From NCBI GenBank assembly GCA_002256025.1, contig NKIB01014476.1, positions 1 through 43,074 on the forward strand: DNA of 43,074 bases. The letters are read 5' to 3'. Position numbers and translations under genes: made by a program. Below are positions 35,235 to 43,074 of the stretch, in pieces (the stretch's first letter is position 1; every line of letters begins with the position of its first letter). The stretch comes from Asterionella formosa (taxonomy: Eukaryota). Under the pieces are notes generated by a model, which made no database searches, was not told where the DNA came from, and saw only the letters and a program-made list of their open reading frames with translations.

Positions 35235-36381
35235 TCAGTCAACTTTACTGATATCCAGGTCAGGATGCCGTTTCCTTTCCCCCCTGTCGCCTTCAGGAGA
35301 CCGAGACCTTTCGTTGCGTCGTCGCCTCGATTCCTTAGATTGCCGCTTTGAATCGTGTTTTTTTCTTTTTCTGTGCCGGCGCTCAAGGGAAGACGAATCG
35401 CTGTCACCGGTGCTACTATTACTGTTACATCGTCGGCGCTTGTATTTCTTTGACCGTTTATGCACCTTCTGGTCATCATGATGCGACAATTTCTCTACCT
35501 TAGCTGAAGCGCCCTCTATATTCTCTAGATCATTTGTCAGAGGCTGACAGCTCAATCTGTTAGCGCCGGAAGGCGGGCCGCGAGAAAATGGATCCCACCC
35601 AGACACTAGACATTCTCTGTCATTTCGGGAGTGACCCCAGACTCCACAAGATAAACATCTCACATTCCGCAGCTGAGTTCCCAATGGTTTGAAAGTGACG
35701 TTCACATTAGTTTCTGTCATGCCCTTGGCCATCGGTGCATTTTTGAGTTGCGGAAATCGTTCAACTTGTTCCTCCAAAGTCAACCCTTGCGCGGTCTTTT
35801 TACCTACAGCCTTCTCCAGCGCTGACATGTGCTCATTCTTTTTGCTTGATTCTACTGTCGACCCCTGCAAGGCAGCTCCACGATTATTGGAGAAGGCCAA
35901 TCCAAGGTCCTCGCACGAGCCAGGGTCCTGTATGTCGTCAGCTGTTCCGGCGGTGGCAGCCGCCAGCATTTCACGAAATGCCGCTGCTGCGTCGTCATCT
36001 CCAGGCTGTCGTTGCGTCAGATCACTGGAATGTCGTTTGGTGGGTTCGCTGGAGCCCTCCAGGCCTGGGGGAGGCGCATACATGAACTTTAGTGTGGCAG
36101 CAGCAGCTCCAGTGGTTCCACCACGAGCCCGAGCCAATTCTTCATCGTCGCGTTCTCGTCGGAGCTGATCGGCTCTGTCCTTCGCCTACTCGGAGCCCAA
36201 TTCTTTCTGTGAGACGAGATTGGGAAGGAGAATACTATAGCAACTCTAATCAGCTCTACACACCACCTACCTTCTCCTCGTCCAGTACTTTTTGCTGGCG
36301 TGCCTCCCAAACACTCTTCTGATTTGATTTATTCGCTGGATTGAATCCTTTTTTCGACAGGAAAGCCAGTCCGGCAACCAT
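35235..36381 (-). CDS. CIR1: CIR1-like splicing factor/corepressor (Cir_N domain, zinc knuckle, K/R/S-rich tail), 2 exons (intron 36186-36270)
   Basis: FLSKKGFNPANKSNQKSVWEARQ (Cir_N), LKFMYAPPPG, ERFPQLKNAP and FKPLGTQLRNVRCLSCGVWGHSRNDREC. The splice gives EEK|AKDRADQLRRERDDEE. Confidence 0.88.
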
Positions 36382-36816
36382 TTGTGGTTTGTTTATAAGG
36401 TTTGCTGTCTTCGTTGAATGGCTCACAAAGGAGGCTCCAGGCAGAGGCACAATAATAATCTGATACTATATTTTTTTAGTCCACCATCTGGGAGTTCCGG
36501 AAAAGTCCGAATTTTTTGTACTCTTACCGCTAATCATGTTTTTAGTTTGGCAGTGGTACCTGGTGCTCCTACCAGGTAGAAAAAAACTTACCTTGTTCTG
36601 TAGACCACCAAGCAAATTTAGCTACCGGTATGTTTCTTTGGTGCAATTTTTGGGGTCACGAGGTAGATCCCGTTGCCCTGGTATTAGCAAAAACCCTGAC
36701 CCTAGTACTGTAAAGCAGTAGGGGCAGCCTCCTTGTCCTTCTTTGAGTCTTGAGCAACCCAAAGACCAGATTTGATTAGCGATTGATACTCGTCATCTGC
36801 TTCATTGCATGCAGAC

Positions 36817-37277
36817 TCAATGGTAGGAGCATTTGCTTGGAATAGATGCCAGAGCAATTGCAGTCTTGCCAGCGTTCTCCTTAAGAAACTTGCTCACCTT
36901 AATACGCTTTGTAGCGGCCAACATGGCAAAGATCGAAGTAGTCGAGTCGGATAAAGAATCAACAACTGTCATAAGAGCATTATATGGTATCATATTTGCG
37001 TTGCGTTGATGTACATAGTCATCAGGAAGTTTGATAGTATGCTTTGTCACATTTTCGCCGCCTGGTTCCAACTTCAAACAACATCGCTCTTCGAATGCTT
37101 TCTGAAGCAGCTTTGTTCCACAATATAAGGAAGATTGAACCAGTCCCATAACAAACATCCACACAATAGTTCCATTTTCATAGAAGGTTCCAGCTTTAGT
37201 AAGTACTTGTCCTCGGAGATGAGGCGAAATGGAAGAGAGGATGTAAGCTGTTGAGAAGCGAAGGTTTTGGAGATCAT
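36817..37277 (-). pseudogene. Frameshifted coding fragment of unknown family
   Basis: Two overlapping protein-like frames (MISKTFASQQ...WFNLPYIVEQ and KHTIKLPDDY...GKTAIALAS) with no clear intron linking them. Confidence 0.3.
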
Positions 37278-37609
37278 ATATATTGTAGTAGCACTCAGAA
37301 GGTGAGGAGGTGAGGCTGCCAGGTACGAGGTAACAGGTACTCTTGTACCTGGTACCTGGTACGGTATAGCTGTATTTATAGAGGTACTTGCCCCCTTCTC
37401 ATTTCTTGACACATATGGTTGCGTATTGACGGTTGTTGCCCTTCCTCGAAGAAAGGTACATGGTACCAGGTCCCGGTATGTAACACACGGTACCAGGTGC
37501 CCAGGAAAAACATTGAGTGCAAGTATGTAGAGATAACAAACAATACTGGTACATGGACTCTTGACTCCACACATGTAGGACAAATACATACATACAGAAG
37601 CATGTAGTA

Positions 37610-38405
37610 TCAATAGCATTCCGAATCAAAGTGGTTGACTGACAAGTGATTTCTTCCCTGGAGAACTGTGTGTGTCCATCTAGAATGTTGATCCATAGAT
37701 TTTCTGGAGTGTTGAAAGAGAAGATGCTATCCATTCCGTAGTAGTATTCTATGAGAGGTGACGATGAACTTGCCCTGTATATGTAGATAGACCAAGAACT
37801 GGGTCAGTTGCCACCTAGAAGAGAGTCGAAGGTGCGGCTTCAGCTCCAGCTCCAGCTTCAACCTTCATCATATTCAAAATGTTGGAGGTGCGGATGGCCA
37901 TGAAGGATGGTGGACCAGAAGTGGTCGTGGTAGAAGTGAGTTAGAACTCATTGGCTGTGTTGAGCACTGGGACTCCTCCAGTGAAGGAAACTTGATTTGT
38001 CTGACCTCCTCGAAGAGGCATGATGGAGTAGGGATCAACAGGAGTGTTGACAGTGGTCATGGTGAAAGATGTTGCTGTTGTTTTTAGCAGTAGAAGCTTG
38101 AGCTCATAACCAGCGAAGTGCTAGAACAAACACTTGAATGAAAAAGGTGGATCTCGAGAGTAAAATTATGAAGTAGTGATAACAAGTCGAATAAACTGAA
38201 ATTATTATGTTAACTAAGTTGAGACAAAAGAGGTAACCTTGGTGTAAAGAAGGACTCTGAAAAGACGACTTGAATTGGGAGAGTAGAGCCTACACAACAG
38301 GAATGCAGTTGCTGTAGCTCTCCATATCCATCAAGCAAGGTAATTCACACCGTTGGTGAGTGTGTGAATGAAGGAAGAATAGTGGACAGGTAGATTTGGT
38401 AGTAG
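37610..38405 (-). mobile_element. 5' fragment of a second Ty1/copia (CoDi-like) element: LTR part, PBS and decayed gag start
   Basis: Minus-strand GGTTATGAGCTC (38100-38111) is a copia-type PBS. It is followed by MTTVNTPVDPYSIMPLRGG and YGMDSIFSF...LWINILDGHTQFSREEI, with stops. Confidence 0.7.
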
Positions 38406-38759
38406 GAAATGTTCGGGAGCGATAGTCATTTTGGGACCAGTGTTTTTCTGTGCCTAGTGGCACTAAGACATAATAGTTGGGTCACGACTACCACTGTGGA
38501 TTTGCGATTTAATTAGCCCGTACCGACACCAGACGTGTCATAGTATTCTTTTCTGCTGTTCGATCATCAATTTTGCCATGACGAATTTAGGTACCTGGTA
38601 GTTTTCACGCGATCAGATGATCATTTCATTGTTGGGACAATTCTTTGCAGCATGCCACCACTGTCGCCATGATTCTTGTCAGTATAACGCTACGAAAAAA
38701 TGGAAACGTCTGTTTGCAGCTGTTTGTCGCAGCTTTCAGTGGCAACAACCGATGGGCGA

Positions 38760-39662
38760 TGGAGCCTGCCGGTCACCATTCATCGATATCATGACGAAAA
38801 TTCCAATTCTCCGAAACCTCTATTGTTGCTTTTTTGGCCAGTCCCGAATTGGTAGCGATTGGGCACGATACCGAAACTTATCAGATCGCAATCCAGCTGT
38901 GATTTTAATACCTTTGATGCACGAATCATGGGGCGAGCAAATTTCTTGCCAATGGCAAATATGGCGAGCGTTCTCTTCATCAAATCGCCGGCAACGTTGT
39001 CGACATACTTAACAGATTTTCGGAATCATGCTACTTAAATCAAACAGAAAGTTCTTTTAGAATCGGTGGTGCTAGCATGGATGACATGATTTGTCAGGTG
39101 GTGGTAAGAATGTCTCTCGGTCTCCTCGATGTTGTCGTCAAGTGTACAAGGCAGCATCCATGCTTTTGCTCTGCATCATGCCAGGTTGTTCACCTCCTCC
39201 ATATCCAATCACGTTGACTGCCCGAAGGTTTTTGAATTCGTTTAGTAACTACAGCGTCGATCCTGAAGCTTGCGTTGAACACTTCTTCGCTGCAATAGGT
39301 GAAGACTTTGTGAGACGTCCTGGTCTTATTAAATTCAAGGAAAAGTTGATCCAAATATTTTTTCCATCGACAAAGAATTTTTCAATTCCAGCCGAAATCG
39401 GAATGGCTGCCAACTCAAGGTGCTGCTTGTCGACTTTGATGCCACTACCTACCTGCCACAGATTGACAAAAAAGTTCGTTCTTTGGTTGTTCACGGGAAC
39501 GAAGACCTCGTGATTGGCCAGCTCCATGCTTTTCTCCTGCAAGATTTATTAGGGAAGGAATCGTGTCATCTTTGCATACCAAAATGTGATCACATTCTTT
39601 GGATTTCGCACGGCCATGAATTGGAACAGGCTGCTCGTGAGTTTTACGATGAATCTGAGTAA
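38760..39662 (+). pseudogene. Alpha/beta-hydrolase pseudogene
   Basis: The nucleophile elbow is degraded to GGASMDDMICQ (about 39065-39097). The C-terminus reads LPQIDKKVRSLVVHGNEDLVI...IPKCDHILW. The pieces lie in at least three frames. Confidence 0.75.
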
Positions 39663-40258
39663 ACCAGTTAATAATAAAAGCAATGAAAAACCATAAAGAT
39701 CAGAAACCAATGCTTTGACTTTTGGTGACATCCACTTTGATTCCTAAAAATCGAAAACCAAAATAGGGGGAAATCTTTACAAACCTATGTCTTCTTGAAA
39801 AATAGAGATAGGAATGTAATCATCTCACAACACTCGGAAACTCGTAAAGCAGTTCCAGGGCCAAGTATTGTTCCAATAGAGATCGCATACATAAAATCGA
39901 ATATTATAACTTGACAGATCAGAAGGGCTTGAAAACTGGCAGACGAGAGTCTTTTACTTGACATAACACGCTGCAGCAAAATCAATCGCTATTATACCTG
40001 GCACTCCGAACCACCTACGGAGTACCTGGTTACCGGTACCTGGGCCTGGCTGACCTTCTTAGATTGAATGTATGTACCATTGCCATCAGAACCAAAATAT
40101 GTGCCTCCGTATCACATGTGCATCATGACTACCGGTACCCTGGTACCTGTTACCTGTTACCAAGCCACATCATCTCGCGCAGTCGGAAACAACTGTGAAG
40201 GAAAACATACAGACATGTAAGTTACGTGCGAAAATGGGTGCAAAAGTTATCAATGTCT

Positions 40259-40331
40259 AGGTCCCAGCGAGACTCGAACTCGCGTCGCAAGAATCAGAAC
40301 CTTGCATGCTAACCACCTACACCATGGGACC
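40259..40331 (-). tRNA. tRNA-Gln(CTG)
   Basis: GGTCCCA/TGGGACC acceptor stem, anticodon arm CAAGG-TTCTGAT-TCTTG, T arm GCGAG-TTCGAGT-CTCGC, and a TTTT terminator downstream. Confidence 0.96.
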
Positions 40332-41154
40332 ATTTGTGATACATCAACATGTTGGCGTTTGTTTAATAAAAACATTGTAATTCTTGATCATAGATGCTAT
40401 GTATGTACCGGTACCCTGGTACGGTACCAGGTACCAGCGTTCATACACAAGAGTCAACAGTCTGCCGGTATATAGAGTCTTCTATAGCCATTACCGGTAG
40501 CAGGTACTCCGCGTAGAAAACGCAAACAGGGTTTCTTTGAAGGACGTGGATCAAGAAGGATTGCAACTACCGGCATACATGAACAGAGGGAGTACAACAT
40601 AAAAACTGTAAGCCACAGCTATGACGACTTTTAAATTGTAACAACTAAACAGAGTTAATGCACAGTTTGAACTTAGTTTGCAAGATACGTTAATTGTTGT
40701 CACAAAGGAGTTGTTCAGATTTGTATAGCGAGTAAATACTTACATACTTGTATCGTTGTATTGTTTAAGTTGTTAAATACTTATTATGGCCCAAAGGTTG
40801 CTATCAACGCGAAATTGCAAAAAATGGATATTTTCATTTCTACTCTGTTGAGCTGGCATCGCCTTTTCTATAGGTGTATATGTAAAAGAAGAAGAATTTT
40901 CTTATAGGACTAATTTAGTATAATTAAGGTTGTGACCCTGCAGTTACACATTGTGAGGTCTGTTTCTTTGTAAAGATATTTTTATGATGTATGTCAATCT
41001 ATACAGTACATACAATTAAATAAAATAGTTAAAGGAAAAACTAGCATTCACCAATACAACCACTTTGCATATGCTTAGATTCAGTCATTGCTCGACTTAG
41101 GGGTATGATCTACATTTGGATAGTATGGTACTAAGGACCTCATTTCCTGACAAT

Positions 41155-41240
41155 AGTGGCAGTTTTCCCTCTTGGATTTGTAACTATCAAAAAAAGGGGA
41201 TACGAAGCTTTTTAAAAAACCAAGAGGGATAACTGCCACT
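41155..41240. repeat. Inverted repeat, 21-bp arms
   Basis: AGTGGCAGTTTTCCCTCTTGG (41155-41175) pairs with CCAAGAGGGATAACTGCCACT (41220-41240), 20/21. Confidence 0.85.
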
Positions 41241-41835
41241 TCTCTCCAGAAGTTACCTCCTGAGGACGTTATAGGGTACATGACTATCTATTTTATTCTT
41301 CATGAAACCCCGTAGTTGTAGAGCAATCCTCCTCCAAAAATTGACCTGATCGGCTTTTCAACAACAGTTGCCAAAATATTGGAATCGGAATTTGTGCGTG
41401 CAAAAAGGTTCTCATAGACTTAGAGTCTTGCATAGGTATTCTTGCTGAATAATTCTCTGTCCGAAAAGACTCCAGGGTAACCTCCCGTGTCACTACACAT
41501 ATTCTGATTGGTTCAATTGAATTTATGTTTCCTGAAATTTCCTGAAAGTCATAGTCATTTCCTGAAATTCATAGTCATATGCTTTGTATTCTCGTTTCTG
41601 CAATTAAAAGGATTCCGCTATTTATTTCGCTGAATCATGCTATGAATTGAAGATGTCCTTTAGTACTATTTATTATAAAATGTCTCGCTGTCTGGTAACA
41701 TGTTGTCCGTTTCAGGAATATGACCGCAGCTTGCAGGTACAGCAACCAGATGCGGTCATTTTGCTTAAATAAACAATTTGATATGGGATAAAGACAGCTG
41801 AATCCTTAGTTCAGCAAAATTTCTGCAACTTGCTG

Positions 41836-41869
41836 CTACCTCGAGCTAGGGGTTCAAATCCAGCAACCT
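41836..41869. repeat. Orphan right terminus of the 27944-29161 TIR family
   Basis: 32/34 identical to 29128-29161 and followed by TGA. Confidence 0.85.
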
Positions 41870-42208
41870 TGATGATTGATAATTTAGCATTATAGAAATT
41901 TACTTAAGAGAGCTTGGAATTGAAAGTCAGCCTATCTTGTCCGGAGGCATGGGACGAGCCATTGGGAGTGAATCGAAACAGAATAAATTCGCATAAAACG
42001 TGCGCTACTACCAATAGGCCTTCTAGGTACCAGCACCTCTGGTCCAACATAGACCTACCGGTATGTAGTCCATGATCGTATTTTACTGCTACATAGGTAC
42101 TGGTAATTCTGCATCATATTACGTAACAAACAGGTAGACTACCGGGACTTTTCCCAAAACGGGATGAAACTGGAAAAACTATTCGTAAATTCAACTGCCC
42201 ATTGGCAT

Positions 42209-42279
42209 TTGCACCACCGTTGCACCACAATTGCACCACCAATTGCACCACTTTACTTAGAGTAACCTGAATTGCACCA
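42209..42279 (+). repeat. Five TTGCACCA direct repeats
   Basis: Copies start at 42209, 42220, 42231, 42243 and 42272. Confidence 0.9.
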
Positions 42280-42425
42280 GACTATATCAAATCCGTGCAA
42301 CTATATAAATATACATAACTGTATAGGAATACATGTGATCCTAAAAATTACAGCCCGCCAACATTTGATGAATAATTTGTTCACTTAACTTGCCAATTTC
42401 GCATCCATATACTTGAATTGTCAGA

Positions 42426-43074
42426 ATGAGTTAGAAGAATACACGCGGTGAGACTAAAAAGCTTGCCAATCTACCTCGGGATGTCTTATATGCCAAGGAT
42501 ACAACAGCAGATATTGAAGATAAAGTAGCCCAAGGAATTCTGAATGCTTTGGACAAATTGAAAAAGACATCTGTTGACCGACGCTTGGCAAAATTGACTG
42601 GTACAAGTGCACTCCGGTATCGTACAGAGCTAAGCTATGAGGTTCACTTTCGTGGTCTTACAAAATTCTTCAAGTTGATTGGTGATTATGAGTCACTGTT
42701 GATGCTTAGGGACAAATGTCCTGCAAACTGTCCATCGATGAAGGTAGAATCCCTTGTAATGTATGTATGGTGGAAATACAATGCACCAAGTATGACATTA
42801 TTGGATCTTGGTGGAAAGGAAGTTTACGATGTCATGGGGCATCTTATAAAATGTCGTGGGGATTGGAATGCCCCTGAAAAGCGTAAGGGATTTCGTACGG
42901 CAGTATGGTGCATTCATAAGGCTCACAATCAAACTGGTAACTACATACAGGCTTGTCAAGACTGTCGTGATATGCCCTTTGATGAGTGGTATAAGGGATG
43001 CAGTACCCACAAGGGTCATCCTGCTCTACTTAGATCTGGTAATCCTGCATACGATTCGGTCTTTACAGATTGTT
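42426..43074 (+). mobile_element. Partial ORF (>215 codons, runs off the window), putative Crypton-like tyrosine-recombinase transposon protein N-terminus
   Basis: MS*KNTRGE...TELSYEVHFRGLTKFFKLIGDYESLLML...CPSM...DVMGHLIKCRGDWNAP...FRTAVWCIH...YIQACQDC...GCSTH...LLRSGNPAYDS. The frame is open from 42435 to the end. Catalytic R-H-R-Y residues are not within the window. Confidence 0.5.

Noticed and set aside
37074..37619. 181-aa ORF
   Set aside because: Largely a translation of the GGTACC array (VPGT/YQVP repeats), not a real protein.

Overview
Eukaryotic nuclear DNA, most likely from a diatom or another photosynthetic stramenopile. The evidence is short GT-AG introns, CoDi-type Ty1/copia remnants and a bipartite-targeted shikimate enzyme. 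Intact host genes occur in islands: a coiled-coil protein, an unknown repeat protein, RPL31, AP-4 beta adaptin, a shikimate-kinase-like/DHQ dehydratase/shikimate dehydrogenase fusion, a MATE transporter, an MDR oxidoreductase with a very long N-terminal extension, a CIR1-like protein and tRNA-Gln(CTG). Between them lie AT-rich tracts of decayed and nested transposons (copia 3' end plus LTR, copia 5' fragment, PIF/Harbinger remnant, Tc1/IS630-like transposase, several MITEs) and dispersed GGTACCA arrays. The strongest lead is an ORF absent from the supplied track that runs off the right edge (42426 to >43074). It resembles the N-terminal part of a Crypton-like tyrosine-recombinase transposon protein and is preceded by phased TTGCACCA repeats. 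All family calls come from motif recognition by eye, not from database searches.
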